A DNA stretch of 64,000 nucleotides, taken from contig NC_043001.1 in the NCBI RefSeq assembly GCF_006345805.1, positions 123,938,001 through 124,002,000 on the forward strand, given 5' to 3'. This document shows, piece after piece, positions 12,451 through 26,054 of this stretch (positions within the stretch are counted from its first letter, which is position 1; the number at the start of each line of letters is the position of its first letter). The DNA comes from Octopus sinensis (Eukaryota). The position numbers and the translations under genes are program-made. Below the pieces are notes generated by a model that saw only the letters and a list, made by a program, of their open reading frames with translations, was not told where the DNA came from and did not search any database.

Positions 12451-12660
12451 CCTGTATATACCTATATATATATCTCTCTATATATATATTTACATATATG
12501 TATCTAAATCTTGTATGCATATGTGTGTCAATGTATGTGTGTGTATATTGGAATTTATGCATATGTATACATATAAATGTATATATTACATTTATATGCA
12601 TATACACACACACACGCACACACATATATGTATATTTGTATGTATATGCGTTTATGAGTA
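12255..12660. repeat. Compound microsatellite (CT)n/(AT)n/(GT)n
   Basis: Direct reading. Confidence 0.95.
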
Positions 12661-13303
12661 CATATAGCTATCGTTCCGTTTTCAGTAATTCATTAGGCCC
12701 ATCTCTGCCTCTCTCTATTCTCTCTCTCTCTTTTTCTTCCTCTACATCATTCTCACGCGGTTCTCTCGCCACCTCCGCCACCAACGCAATTTGCAACCTC
12801 CTGGCAAACCCATCTTCATTTTACTTCCGATATCTTTACATCTCCGTTTTCACTTCTTTCTTACCTTCGTTTTCTTTCCTTCCGATAAACCTCCTTCACT
12901 CACACCCCTTCTTCCCTCCCTGCCAACCATCCATCTTTTACTTAGCTTCCAATATTCTATAATTTACCTCTCTGTTTTTCTCCCAATAAATCCTATTCGA
13001 CTACGACCATTTCTTCTTCCATCAGTTTCTTACAAACTCTCTTATTTTCTTACCTATCCAACTTGGTATTTTCCTCTCTATATTTCACTTGATCTATGTC
13101 TTCAATATACCCTTGTGTTCTGGCTCGCTTTCTCTGTCTGTCTGTCTGTCTCTGTCTCTCTCTCTCGTTCGCTTTATTTTTCACACGCACTCATTTTCAC
13201 TTTTGTTTTCATTTCCTTACTGTCCATTCTCTGAAACTACGAATACCATTGAAAGATAGTATATATAAATACACACATATATATACATACATACACATAC
13301 ACA

Positions 13304-13340
<37 letters not shown>

Positions 13341-13357
13341 ATCTATCTATCTATCTA

Positions 13358-13428
<71 letters not shown>

Positions 13429-13447
13429 TTATCTGTATACATATATA

Positions 13448-13507
<60 letters not shown>

Positions 13508-13515
13508 ATATATTC

Positions 13516-13873
13516 TTTTATTCTTTCACTTCTTTCGGTCATTTGACGGCGGCCATGCAGGAGCAGCGCCTTTAGTTGAACAAATCGACTGCAGGACTTA
13601 TTCTTTGTAAGTATGGTACTTATTATATCAGTTTCTTTTGCAAAAAAACTAAATTTCAGGGACATAAACACACCAGCATTGGTTGACAAGCGATGGTGGA
13701 ACAAACTCAGACACACAACTACATATATATATATATATATATATAATATATATATATATACATACATACAACGGGCTTCTTTCAGTTTCCGTCTACCACA
13801 TCCACTCACAAGGCTTTTTTGGGCCTGAGACTATAGTAGAGGACACTTGCCTAAGGTGCCACGCAGTGGGACA
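13516..13873 (-). mobile_element. SINE family B (5' truncated)
   Basis: Reverse complement of family B, from cccactgcgtggcacc to the gaccgaaagaag tail, with an internal (TA)n. Confidence 0.85.
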
Positions 13874-13880
13874 TATTTAT

Positions 13881-13970
<90 letters not shown>

Positions 13971-15154
13971 TATTTATTTATATATATGTGTGTGCGTATA
14001 TATGTATGCATGTATGTATCCAGAACAGCTTTGCTATCTCTGCATTGTTTCTGTTACTAACCCTCAATACCTGACCTGCTTTATTCTTTAATTTCCTCTC
14101 CTGTCTTATTTTTCCTAGCTATAAATTTGGTTCAATCATGTATTCTTACGCTCTATTTTTTTTCTCTTCTGTCTTCTCCATCTTTTATTATCTTTCTCCA
14201 TCTCTCTCCCTGAGTCTCTCCCTCCCCTCTCTCTGTCTCTCTCTTCTGATATCCTTGTAACTTCTTTGGTTTATTTTTTTCCTTAAACGTAGAAACGTAA
14301 ATGCATAAACGTAGACACAGCTGCACGCTAACAATCTCAAAGGGCCGAATGCCAACGAAACAAACACAAAAAGTCGACAAACCTGACTAAACAATGCCTT
14401 TGTAGAAGGGAAGTAGTAAATAATACCTCCATATCTCAAGGACAGACAAGTTATATTGAAGTCAATGTAAAAAGCAGCAGAATGTATAGCTTAGGAAGGC
14501 TTCAACTGCTTAACTATTTCTCAATGAGCTTACTCTATGTCGAACTTCTAAATTTCTGTACTTGAGTAATCATATTTTTAGCACCAATCGACATAGTAAC
14601 GTCGCATATAAATTATTGAAGGTTTGCTGGTGTTTTAAGAAATAGTGTAGTATTACACGTCTTGACATACATACTTTAATAAAGGCCAGGTAAATAATAT
14701 TGTATGAAAGGTAACTTTCCCGAAAGCTGTATCAAAGAGACGATTTCTATATCTAACTGAAAGATTTCATTTAATTTATGTATTTATGTCGCTGTTATTT
14801 TTGAAAATGGCACATAATCAGCTAATTTGATGTTACTTTCTTTGAATTTGAAAGTATTTGTCCCAAGAGGGATAAATAAATAAATAAAATTTGTAAAGTA
14901 TCTGTCAGTTTCTTCTGGCGAGTCGTTTTAGATCACGATAGAAGTTAGATGAAACATTATCAAGATTTTAAGAGTGCAACATTTACCGCAAACGTATCAT
15001 CTCGGGAGGTGATTTAGCCGTTATTCAGAAACAACAATGATTTTCTTTTCTAATTGTTATAGGTCCTTATCGCGAGTAGACTAGACATCTGCCTGGGCTC
15101 CACAGTGGAACGTCAAAGATGTAGCAGTTGCGTGAGGCGTGTATGGGCTGCCCG

Positions 15155-15305
15155 AATATTAAGTTGGTAGTCATTTTCAGCTGAATAGACTGGAGCAAAT
15201 TCAAACGAAACAGACTTCTCATAGTTAAAATGCGTCGCCCAGTCCTAGAAACGAACTCACGGTTTTATGATGAGTCAAACCACAATTAGACCGCACTCGG
15301 CACTA
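15155..15305 (-). mobile_element. Highly diverged SINE (family D-like)
   Basis: Minus: ttgctccagtctattcagctgaaaatgactacc resembles 40970-41008. Confidence 0.35.
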
Positions 15306-16199
15306 TTAATAGGAAGCATCAAACGTCGTTGACTAAGTTCGTGGGGTATGCCTGACGAAGGAAAGATGAAATTTTACGTCAAATATTATAATGGGCACCA
15401 GTGCATTGTAAAAAGGAAAGATACAGACTTTGTTGATATCATTGTGCAGCAACGGCAGGAGAAGATATACTTCTAGAAAAACACTGTTGTAGAGATGATG
15501 GAGCACAAGCAAACATGGAAGAGACTAGTCAATAAGATACGAGTGCGCTTTTTACTAACACTCAATATTTCCGTGTATGATACGAAACTTCCACGTCGTT
15601 GACAGCCAAATGTAATTTGACAGAGATACACTGCAATGTTGTTGATGAAGTAAAGCCAAATAGACAGCAAATTAACCGAGTCACTTTTTCCCTGACACTC
15701 AGCGCTCAAAGCTGAAATCTAACCAATATCAGCTTTAATGTTAATTTTATCGGGTCGATAAAAAGCGTTCAAACCAAGAGCGATAAGTGACCGGAACCGA
15801 AAGAACCTTGGTTTAGATACCTTGTGGCATTACTTCTGGCTCATTACAATACTAGTTCAAAACTCGCAATAGCCTATATGAATGGTAGGCTTCATCCGTC
15901 GCTCAGTTCAAGGCCAGTATGTGGTCCTTAAGTACGTGTTCCAGGGTCCAATAATTTTCATACTATTCAAAACAGATGTCTGGTCTCAGGATACCTCTCT
16001 CACTCTCTAACTTCAGTCTGTGAGTGCCGGTAAAATGTCGTCGAGAAGGCCTTCCATCCTAATTAACAGATGTAAACAGCCTTACAAGTTAAACTGTAGC
16101 AGACAAAACAAATCTACATAATAAATAAAAACAAATTCACTTCCCTACGTTTTCACTGACCACTTCTAAACTGACTGTTTAAATATTCTAGTTAGAAAA

Positions 16200-16396
16200 G
16201 GCATTCAGCTGGCAATTTTTGTTAGCATGACGGGCAAAATACTTAGCAACATTTCATCCGTCTTCAAATTCTGAGTTCAAATTCTGCCGAGGTCAACTTT
16301 ATCTTGCAGCCTTTTGAAGTCAATAAAATAAGTACCGGTTGTAATCTCCCTACCCGCATCTCCAAAATTGCTGGCCTTGTACCAAAATTTGAAACC
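16200..16396 (+). mobile_element. SINE family A
   Basis: cagctggcaatttttgttagca...ctgagttcaaattctgccgaggtcaac...ccaaaatttgaaacc. Confidence 0.8.
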
Positions 16397-16412
16397 AATA
16401 TTCTGGAGAAAT

Positions 16413-16492
16413 GGCAGCGAGCTGGCAAAATCGTTAGCACACTGGAAAAAATGCTTCGCGGCATTTCGTCCGGCTTTACGTTCCAAGTTAAG
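16413..16492 (+). mobile_element. SINE family A 5' half (remainder probably at 17528-17585)
   Basis: gcgagctggcaaaatcgttagcac...ttacgttccaagttaa stops abruptly at PLE sequence; gactttgtctgtcatcctttcggg...tcgacgtaatagatt resumes at 17528. Confidence 0.7.
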
Positions 16493-17450
16493 TAAAGAAA
16501 GACTCAACTCTGAAAACAGAGAGGAAGTTGACACAGATCTTGATCAAGCACGAGGATCACTTTACACCAATGAAATACAGACAATTGACTCAACACTACA
16601 GTAAACTACCACACATGTATGATCTCCCTAAGATTCACAAGGATAGTATTCCATTAAGACCTATAGTGAGCTGTAGAGGTTCAGCATCTCATCCACTGAG
16701 CCGCTCCTTGTGGATATAATCAGTCCATTAGCAGGAAACTCAACATCATTCGTGTAGAAATCCGCCCACTTCACAGAATTGATCAAGGATACCCCCATTG
16801 AATCCAACCCGATGGTGAGTCTAGATGTGATAATTCCCAACTGACGAAGCACTATCGGTGATTCAAGAGAAACTAATGACAGACACCCATCTAAAAGAAC
16901 ACACTAGTATACCAATAAGAAACTTGATGGAAATGTTGACCTTCTGCATAGAAACTACCTACTTCAGTATGGGCACTGATATATATCGATGGGTTTATCT
17001 ATGGGTTCACCATTATCACCGATAATAACCAATATATACAAGGAATACTTTGAGAAATGATTTTAGGATCAGTACCACTAAAACCAACCCTATGGCTTCG
17101 ATATGCTGATGACACCAAGAAGATGTCTAAGTGCTGTCAGATCATTTGAACTCAATAAAGCTATCCATACAGTTCGCGATGGAAAAGGAAAAAGACAATC
17201 AGCTAGCGTTCCTGGACGTATTAATAATACGCACCAAGTATGGATTCAGGGCATCCGTATACCGCAAGTCAACCTTCACTGGACGATACTTCAACTTCAA
17301 TTCCCACCATCGATACCGTGTAAAGAGATGGATTGCTCAGTGCCTAAAACATCGAGCAAAGAATATCAGTAGTGATTGTGATACCTACCACGAAGCTAAG
17401 TAACAATCTATTAAGCAACAACTACCCGCAAAACACTATCCACTCCAACA
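16493..17450 (+). mobile_element. Penelope-like element reverse transcriptase pseudogene
   Basis: KLPHMYDLPKIHKDSIPLRPIVS, MGSPLSPI, WLRYADDT, IQFAMEKEKDNQLAFLDVLIIR..SVYRKSTFTGRYFNFNSHH. These are canonical PLE RT motifs, here with frameshifts. Confidence 0.9.
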
Positions 17451-17869
17451 AACAAGATGGGGTCAAATATCCGTCTAATGTAAATAGTGTACATAATTCC
17501 TCATCTCTTAAATATAGAATTGTGAAATCGACTTTGTCTGTCATCCTTTCGGGATCAGCACTGAAATCGACGTAATAGATTCCCCACTCAGTATTTCATA
17601 GATATCCACTTCACTCAGTATTTGTGAGCATAGTAGTATGCATTGTTATTCTCTCCTATGTCATATCATTTCTTCTGTTATTTCTTCCAGTTCTGTTTAT
17701 TTGTTTCTGATAATTTAAATACATTTATCAGCAATGTATGGCTGTTATTAAAACCTCGCTTTCGGTATCGCTGCACAGCATCTTCAACAAGTTTCTACTA
17801 CTACGGTTTCAGAAAAATCAATGGCTTGTAAGTGAATTTCATCACTTGAGAATCTGAAGAAAGCTCGTT

Positions 17870-17870
17870 C

Positions 17871-17945
<75 letters not shown>

Positions 17946-17987
17946 CTATCTATCTATCTACCTACCTATCATCTATCTATCTATCTA

Positions 17988-18048
<61 letters not shown>

Positions 18049-18069
18049 GTCTGTCTATCTGCCTGTCTG

Positions 18070-18115
<46 letters not shown>

Positions 18116-18116
18116 G

Positions 18117-18160
<44 letters not shown>

Positions 18161-18200
18161 GTCTCTGTCTCTCTCTCTCTATCTATCCATCTATCTATCC
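17870..18200. repeat. (ATCT)n array
   Basis: Direct reading. Confidence 0.95.
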
Positions 18201-18257
18201 ATGCGTATTCGTGTTAGTGTTTGAGTTGTGTTTCTTCAACAGCAACAATATGACAAC

Positions 18258-18420
18258 AGGTGTTGCTTTGCTCATGTTTCCATAACTTAGCGGCTCAACG
18301 TAAGAGTCCGATATAAGTACCAGATTTAAAACTATGTACTGGCGTCGATTTGTTCGACTTTACCCTTCAAGGCAGAGAACCAGCATGGCCACAGGCCAAC
18401 AAATTAAGCAAGTAAAACCT
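18258..18420 (+). mobile_element. SINE family B 3' half (diverged)
   Basis: taacttagcgg...gtcgatttgttcgact...ccagcatggcc matches the family B 3' region. Confidence 0.7.
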
Positions 18421-18908
18421 GAAAGGAAATATTTCTGATTGATAAATACTTAAAAGTTTTCACATAGCACGGCTGCAACTCAATGGCTAAAACCAATCAC
18501 AGAATAAACGAATAGTAGAATTCCTACATACTGGTAATCTGGAAATTTTCACATGAACTACACACTATATATATATTCCCTTCAGCAGATTTTCAAAGTT
18601 TGCCGTTAGTGTTTCCGACTGTCTTCATTCCTGCTGCCTCCGGCAGATGCTGGTGTTGTTACTGATGTCGCTGCTGACCACCGATATTTCTCATGCTAAT
18701 GTCGGCAGTATTACTCTGCCAAGTGCTCTTGTTGTTGTTATCGTTGTTATTGTTGTTTCCGTCGTTCGTTGTCTCTGCCGTTTTCTGTTGCAAACACTGT
18801 CGTTGCTGTTGTTGATGCTGCTGTCTTCTTCTTCTTCTTCTTCTTCTTCTTCTTCTTCTTCTTCTTCTTCTTCTTCTTCTTCTTCTTCTTCTTCTTCTTC
18901 TTCTTCTT

Positions 18909-19386
18909 CCAATCAGGACTCACGCCATTAGCCACAAAGAATAATCCCTAATTCGAGCCTACTCTAAGCTACTAAGAATGCACGTGGCAACTTGAAGGTC
19001 CACCCACCACACGCGATAGACTGGCGGTTGCACGGGCGCGAAAGCTACGTTGTTATTCTCATTCCGTAAACGGTGGTTTTCAACGGGTGGAGAGCAGAAC
19101 CATCCTGGGGTACTGAGGGTTCGCAATCTAGACTAGGGTCTGAAAGTTTACCAACACCGTATTGAGTTACACAATGGTTGCTCTGCTTTGTGGCAGAAGT
19201 AGAAAGAAAGAATGGGAAAAAGTTGTGGTGATAGAGTACAGCGGGGTTCACCCCCCACCGCCGGAGCCTCGTGGAGTTTAGGTGCTTTTGCTCAATAAAC
19301 ACTCACAATGCCCGGTCTGGGAATCGAAACCGCGTTCTTACGACCGTGAGTCCGCTGCCCTAAACACTAAGCCATTGCGCCTCCAC
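18909..19386 (-). mobile_element. tRNA-derived SINE, family C, with (GAA)n tail at 18826-18909
   Basis: Minus: GTGGAGGCGCAATGGCTTAGTGTTTAGGGCAGCGGACTC..GGTTTCGATTCCCAGACCGG (A and B boxes), ending ...gagtcctgattg(GAA)n. Confidence 0.8.
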
Positions 19387-19410
19387 TGATGCTGTTGTTG
19401 TTATTGTTCC

Positions 19411-19441
<31 letters not shown>

Positions 19442-19844
19442 GAAGTTGTTGCCATTGTGGTTCTTTTGGTTGCTATTGTATTACCTGTTTCTTGTTGTTT
19501 TTGCTTTAACTTTTATTGTTGTTAGTTTTGTTGTCGATAAGGTTGCAGCTGCTGTTGTTCATGTTGTTCCAATTATTTGCATTAGTAGTTGTTGCTGCTG
19601 CTGTTGAGATCAACGCCGCTGTTTTTACCACTGAAGCAATTTAAATCGTCAGCAATGCTGATGATAACTACTTTCTCTCTGCATTCTCATCGATTTTATT
19701 TCATTTCATTGTTGAGGGACTTTCCTTCATCATTAACACCAAATGGTCCTCTTATCCTTATGATATAAACTCACGCTTCTTCTGACACTGCAGTAGTCTA
19801 ATTTGGAGGTGATAAAAATCGACGCATCTTACTTTCATGGATTG

Positions 19845-19875
<31 letters not shown>

Positions 19876-19975
19876 TGATGATGATGATGAGATGATGATG
19901 ATGATGATGATGATGATGGTGATAATAATAATAAAAATAATGATGATGATGATGATAATAATAATAATAATAGTA

Positions 19976-20046
<71 letters not shown>

Positions 20047-20071
20047 AATAATAATAATGATAATAATAATG

Positions 20072-20116
<45 letters not shown>

Positions 20117-20205
20117 TAATAATAATAATAATAATAGAAGAAGAAGAAGAAGAAGAAGAAGAAGAAGAAGAAGAAAGAAGAAGAATGATAATAATAATAA
20201 TAATC
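19845..20205. repeat. (TAA)n/(TGA)n/(GAA)n array contiguous with the 3' tail of the adjacent minus-strand SINE
   Basis: Direct reading; the SINE ends ...gtagaaatg(ATT)n on its own strand. Confidence 0.9.
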
Positions 20206-20206
20206 A

Positions 20207-20513
20207 TTTCTACAATAAGGACACGACCTGAAATTTTGGGGGAGGAGTTAAGTCGATTACTTCGACCCCAATACTCAACGGGTACTTCATTTGAACTCAG
20301 AACGTAAAACACAGAGAGGAAAAACAAGGACAGATAAACGGACTAAGTCGATTATATCGACCCCAGTGCGTAACTGGTACTTATTTAATCGATCTCGAAA
20401 GGATGAAAGGCAAAGCCGATCCCGGCGGAATTTGAACTCAGAACGTAGCGGCAGACGAAATATCGCTAAACATTTTTTTCCGGCGTGCTAACGATTCAGC
20501 CAGCTCGCCACCT
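20207..20513 (-). mobile_element. SINE family A dimer with internal deletions
   Basis: Full first monomer with the ...tccgtttatctgtccttg tail, then a deleted second monomer with the ctcccccaaaatttcagg tail. Same order as 55961-56396. Confidence 0.8.
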
Positions 20514-20549
20514 TCATGAAAATAAATAAATAAATAAATAAATAAATAG

Positions 20550-20590
<41 letters not shown>

Positions 20591-20676
20591 TAATAATAAT
20601 GATAATAATACTGATAATAATAATAATAATAATGATAATAATACTGATAATAATAATAATGATAATAATGATAATA

Positions 20677-20740
<64 letters not shown>

Positions 20741-20879
20741 GAAGAAGAAGAGAAGAAGAAGAAGAAAGAAGAAGAAGAAGAAGAAGAAGAAGAAGAGAAG
20801 AAGAAGAAGAAGAAAAAGCAGCAGCAGCAGCAGCAGCAGTAGAGGAAGAAGAAGAACAACAACACAGACGACTTTACAT

Positions 20880-21556
20880 CCAGATAGAGTAAAGTCTTAA
20901 AATCGACATGACAGTGTTGACGAGTGTCTATACTGGTTAATATATCGGCATTATAAAATCAAAACGCTTGATAAGTGGTATAAGCATCACTCTGAGGTTG
21001 TAATTGAGGGGGAAAACGTTAACTTTTCTCCTGGGGATTTCCTCAACATACAGACAGAATAATCAAAGCTAATAAACCGAATATTATTGTGAAAGACCAA
21101 AACAATAAAATCAGTTTATTGATTGGCATGAATATCCCTTGTGATCATATTATTGCATCAAAAGAAAGTGACGAGCTCAGAAAATATACGAATTTGCTAA
21201 TTGGAATCGGGAAAATAAGGCATCTCAAAGCGATTACAAAATCCGTGATTGTAGGATTACTAGGAATGAACAAAGAGGAACTGAAAATTATTTGAGAATG
21301 ATCCCTGGCCTATCATTCCTACATGATGTACGAAAATTGTTTTAAATTGTACGTCACACGTATTGAGAAGTTATTGTCGCTGTGAGACGGGCTACCCTCC
21401 ATGAAAATAATTCCTTTTGCGTATCTTTGTTGGATTTTACAAATGAGCAATCTTCTGCGTTTATTTTAATAGCCTATCAAAGTATATAGTGAGGTTCTTT
21501 GCCCTAAGTGCCGGGAAGACTCCCAGCAAGAAATGGTAACAAAACTACAGGAATAA
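20880..21556 (+). mobile_element. R4/Dong-type RLE retrotransposon 3' fragment, subfamily F2
   Basis: RHDSVDECLYWL..WYKHHSE..DRIIKANKPNIIVKDQNNK..ELRKYTNL (decayed PD-(D/E)xK RLE domain); 3' UTR ends AAAACTACAGGAATAA. Confidence 0.8.
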
Positions 21557-21569
21557 GAAAACCCATTAT

Positions 21570-21953
21570 AATGACTTTAATCAGTTCAGCATTTCCCTTG
21601 GTGGCTGACAATATTTGTATCCCTAACCACGAGTACCATAGCCATGTATTGAGAGAAATTCTTTGAGGTTTGAATAATTCACCTCTGTTTCGTTCAGCAT
21701 CCTTATACAACCCTCATTCAGGGACCCTTTGAGCAGGATGGGCTACCCAACTTGAAGATAAAACTTAATTGGGCTCGACCTGCAAGGTCATGCAATCTTT
21801 ATCATGATATGATATCACCATGTTGTACATTTTTGGTTGTGATGCATGTGCCTGGTGTACCTTTATTATACCGGTAGCCATGATGGGTATATTGGGCTTG
21901 GTATATTTGTACCACAGTGTCAATTTAATGGCATATGCTACACTGTCACTCAA
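21570..21953 (+). mobile_element. TAA-associated about 550-bp element, 5'-truncated older copy
   Basis: Homologous to 35041-35598 from ...gactttaatcagttcagc to ...cactcaa(TAA)n. Confidence 0.8.
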
Positions 21954-21968
21954 TAATAATAATAATAA

Positions 21969-22018
<50 letters not shown>

Positions 22019-22029
22019 TGATAATGAAT

Positions 22030-22152
<123 letters not shown>

Positions 22153-22154
22153 TG

Positions 22155-23000
22155 CGTTTAAACAATTGACTGATAGGTGTGAACAAAAAACCTCCGCATG
22201 GCAAATATGTGGCCCGTAGCAAGCAAGTTGATGTAGACCAGGGCTTAAGGCAGAGAGTGAAGGCTTTATCTTGGTTGCCCAAGATCAGAGCTTGTTGACC
22301 AGGAACTATCAAGCCAATGTGAGGTAAAATGGTGTAGACCCAAAGTGCCAATACTGCAACGTTTGGCTAGACCACCCAATCTCTGGATGTAAGGTTTAGG
22401 ACCTGTAGAGTACAAATCAAGACATGACAAAGTTGGCCAACATCTAAACTGGATAAGTTGTCGGCATTATAAAATCAAAACTGCTGACAAATGGTACAAG
22501 CACCACTCTGAGGCTTCAACTGAAGAGGAATAGTAACTTTTCTTTGGGAATTCCCAGTATGTACAGAGCGGACCATCAAAGTAGATAAACCAGATATTGT
22601 TGTGAAAGACCAAAACAATAAAATCTGTTCATTAATTGACCTGAGCATACCCTATAACCATAATATCTCAGCAAAAGAATTTGACACGCTCAGAAAATAT
22701 AAAGATTTGTTCATCCAAACCGAAAAGATGTGGCATCTCAAGACGGTTACAATACCAGTAACTGTAGAAGCACTTGGAATGTTCGAAACGGGAACTGAAA
22801 ATAAATTATTTAAGCATGATCTCTGGCTTACAATCCATGCAGGAAGTACAAAAGATTGTCTTAACTAGTAAGTGACACGTATTGAGAGAAGCACCGTTGC
22901 TGAGAATTTTCTTCCCCCTTTACACCTCTATTTTCTTTGTTTATTTAAAAAAAAATTTTTATTTGTGTTTAATCTAATGGCCTACCAAAATAGACAGTAG
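22155..23000 (+). mobile_element. R4/Dong-type RLE retrotransposon 3' fragment, subfamily F2
   Basis: KPPHGKY, AESEGFILVAQDQSLLTRNYQ, PKCQYC, RHDKVGQHL, KPDIVVKDQNNKICSLIDLSIP..KYKDL..WHLKTVTIPV..ALGM; begins directly after (TAA)n. Confidence 0.85.
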
Positions 23001-23058
23001 AAACAAAATTGAAAGATGATGATAATGAAATGATAACAACAACAACAACAACAACAAT

Positions 23059-23152
<94 letters not shown>

Positions 23153-23327
23153 ACACCATATAGAAGAAATTGCCATAAAACCCAGTTTAGTACAGCTCCA
23201 GAAAACAATGTTATTAGGGGCAGCTAGGATACTTAGGAAGGTTCTTGGCATCTGAGATTACTTGTAACCCGATGTTAGGAACTTTTCTTTTCCGACAGTC
23301 TCCTCTGTTGTTGTGCATATGCGTGAT
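23153..23327 (+). mobile_element. R4/Dong-type extreme 3' end, subfamily F3 (copy 1)
   Basis: SLVQLQKTMLLGAARILRKVLGI* (cf. IQKIALLGTAHILRRTL at 37450-37500), a short 3' UTR, then (TAA)n. Confidence 0.75.
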
Positions 23328-23328
23328 G

Positions 23329-23417
<89 letters not shown>

Positions 23418-23486
23418 TATTATTATTATTATTGTTGTTGTTGTTGTTATTATTATTATTATATTATTATTATTATTATTATTATA

Positions 23487-23661
23487 ACACCATATAGAAG
23501 AAATTGCCATAAAACCCAGTTTAGTACAGCTCCAGAAAACAATGTTATTAGGGGCAGCTAGGATACTTAGGAAGGTTCTTGGCATCTGAGATTACTTGTA
23601 ACCCGATGTTAGGAACTTTTCTTTTCCGACAGTCTCCTCTGTTGTTGTGCATATGCGTGAT
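23487..23661 (+). mobile_element. R4/Dong-type extreme 3' end, subfamily F3 (copy 2, apparently identical)
   Basis: Repeat of 23153-23327 at a 334-bp offset. Confidence 0.75.
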
Positions 23662-23662
23662 G

Positions 23663-23747
<85 letters not shown>

Positions 23748-23780
23748 TCATTATTATTATTATTATTGTTGTTGTTGTTG

Positions 23781-23872
<92 letters not shown>

Positions 23873-24169
23873 TTGGTGGTGCTAGTAGTAGTAACGGCAG
23901 CAGTAGTACTAGTAGTTGTTATTGTTGGTTCACTTGAAATTTTCACCATTCAAATACCAACATCGCGCAAAAACATTGGTACGAATATAAAGACAGAATG
24001 CCTCCCAAAAATCATCATAGGATTGAACTGCAAGTGTTCCCTGCAGGTGTCTCCAAGCATGATCAGTAAACAATTGTAACCTTAGACTACTGACTTCAGG
24101 CATCTAACACTATCCATCATACCAAACAAAATAAGCTGAGTGTTTTCATTAAATGATAACAATAATCTT

Positions 24170-24420
24170 TTCTGCCATAGGGACAAAATCTGAATTTTTA
24201 GAGGAGTTAGTGTATTAGATCGACCTCAATGATTAACTGAGCGGAATATGAAATTGGAACGTAAATATCACTAAGAATTTTGTCCGACGTACAAGTCGAT
24301 TAGCTCCACCTCTTAGCTGGTACTTATTTCATCGGCCACGATAAACATGAGAGGCAATGTCAACTTTCGCGGAATTTGAGCTCAGAACATGAGGACAGAC
24401 GATTATTATCTCACCGCCTT
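24170..24420 (-). mobile_element. Diverged SINE family A (possibly a dimer remnant)
   Basis: ctggtacttatttcatcg...ggaatttgagctcagaac...ctcaccgcctta. Confidence 0.6.
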
Positions 24421-24653
24421 ATTACATGATAAACATTTATAATGGATTTTCTAAAGCTCTGCGCAGATGTTCGGTCTACATATCGAGATAATTCAAAGAA
24501 TTATTCATCAATATTGCACTTGGTAAAGCAGGTAACGTTGCATTAAAGACTCTTGAAGGATTGTCGTGAGTAATATTTTATCAAAGGTAATTGTCTTAGA
24601 TATACTAAACAGAAATTGCATTGTATACATAATCATAACTTTTGATATATATA

Positions 24654-24725
<72 letters not shown>

Positions 24726-25685
24726 ATATATATATATTAATATATTAACGATTCAAACGGAGGACATCTACACGGTCCGCTGTAAGTAATTGTTAACTCA
24801 CCCACATTTTTCACCAAATTGTCTGAAAAAGAGTGTAAAGTGGACGATAATATGGTACTGGGTGCATTATGAAAACCAAAACATTACATGGATATAGCTG
24901 GAATGTCTTTGGTGATAAGGATACCGAATAGGAGCTAATCTAGGTCTGAATACCAGCAAATGCGATATGTATTGTTAACTATGTCAAACAAACAGCTAAA
25001 GATGTATATTTGCAATTCAATGAACGTTAAGCGGCTGTGAATTAATGTGACAGGATAGAAAAAGAAAATAATGGCTGAATTAAAAATATGCCAACCAAAA
25101 GCCAACACAAAGATTGGATCCACAATGAATACAAAGTTGTAGCAACCTTTCAGATTTCAGAGCAGCCAATCCATCCATCCATACAAATGCATAAATGAAA
25201 AGGTAACATACAATGTTATGGAAATTTAATTCGCCTGTTGACAAATGTGAATGTGAGATAAAAGGTTAGGGCTAAAGTTTGACACAATGATACGAAGCAT
25301 CGTATGCACTTATTGCACTGACTTTAATTTTAGAATTACATATACGCAAATATAATGAATTGTACACAATGATATGAAGCGCAAAGAGTTAAAGACTAAC
25401 ATTCAAGCGTTGAAATTAAGAGAGAAGGTAAAAAAAGTATAACATATGTAGACATTTTTAAACTTCATTATTTAATTAAAGATATTTTGGAACGCTAAAA
25501 TTACGAGAGAATTGCAATATTTTCAAGTTGAAGAGACTAGAAGAAAAAGATTTTTATGCCCATAAAAGACGAAAACTCCGAATGAAACACACACACATAC
25601 ACACACACTACACTACATTACACCACACCTCACACACACATACAACTACACACACACACAAAATATTATCATGCGAGATAATCCT

Positions 25686-25834
25686 TTCTGTTATAGGCAA
25701 AAGGCCTGAAATTTTGAAGGAAAGGCTGAACCCTGAAAGAATGAGAGGAATTTGAACTCAGTACGTGAAGACGAATGAAGCGCCAGTCACTCTTTTATCA
25801 GGCGTGCTAACGATTTCACCTGACCACCGTCTTA
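25686..25834 (-). mobile_element. SINE family A (internally deleted)
   Basis: gaatttgaactcag...ggcgtgctaacgatttcacc. Confidence 0.65.
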
Positions 25835-25842
25835 ATCATTCT

Positions 25843-26054
25843 TTCAACTATAGGTACAAACACGTCTTAAAATTTTGGGGAAGGGCTCCGGTCGATTACA
25901 TCGACCCCAGTGTCCGAATGGTACTTATTTCATGGACCCCGAAAGGATGAAAAAGTTAGCCTTGGAAGAATGTGAACTCAGAACGTCAAGACGGACAAAA
26001 TGCCGCTAAACGTTCTGTCCGGCGTGCTAATAATTCTGCTTGATCGCCACCTTA
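25843..26054 (-). mobile_element. SINE family A
   Basis: gtcgattacatcgaccccag...gaactcagaacgtcaagacggac...ggcgtgctaataattctgc. Confidence 0.8.

Noticed and set aside
15345-15395. CTGACGA..GAAA..GTC
   Set aside because: Neither stem I nor stem II can form.
19300-19386. tRNA-like sequence
   Set aside because: It continues into a SINE body and (GAA)n tail; treated as a SINE head, not a tRNA gene.
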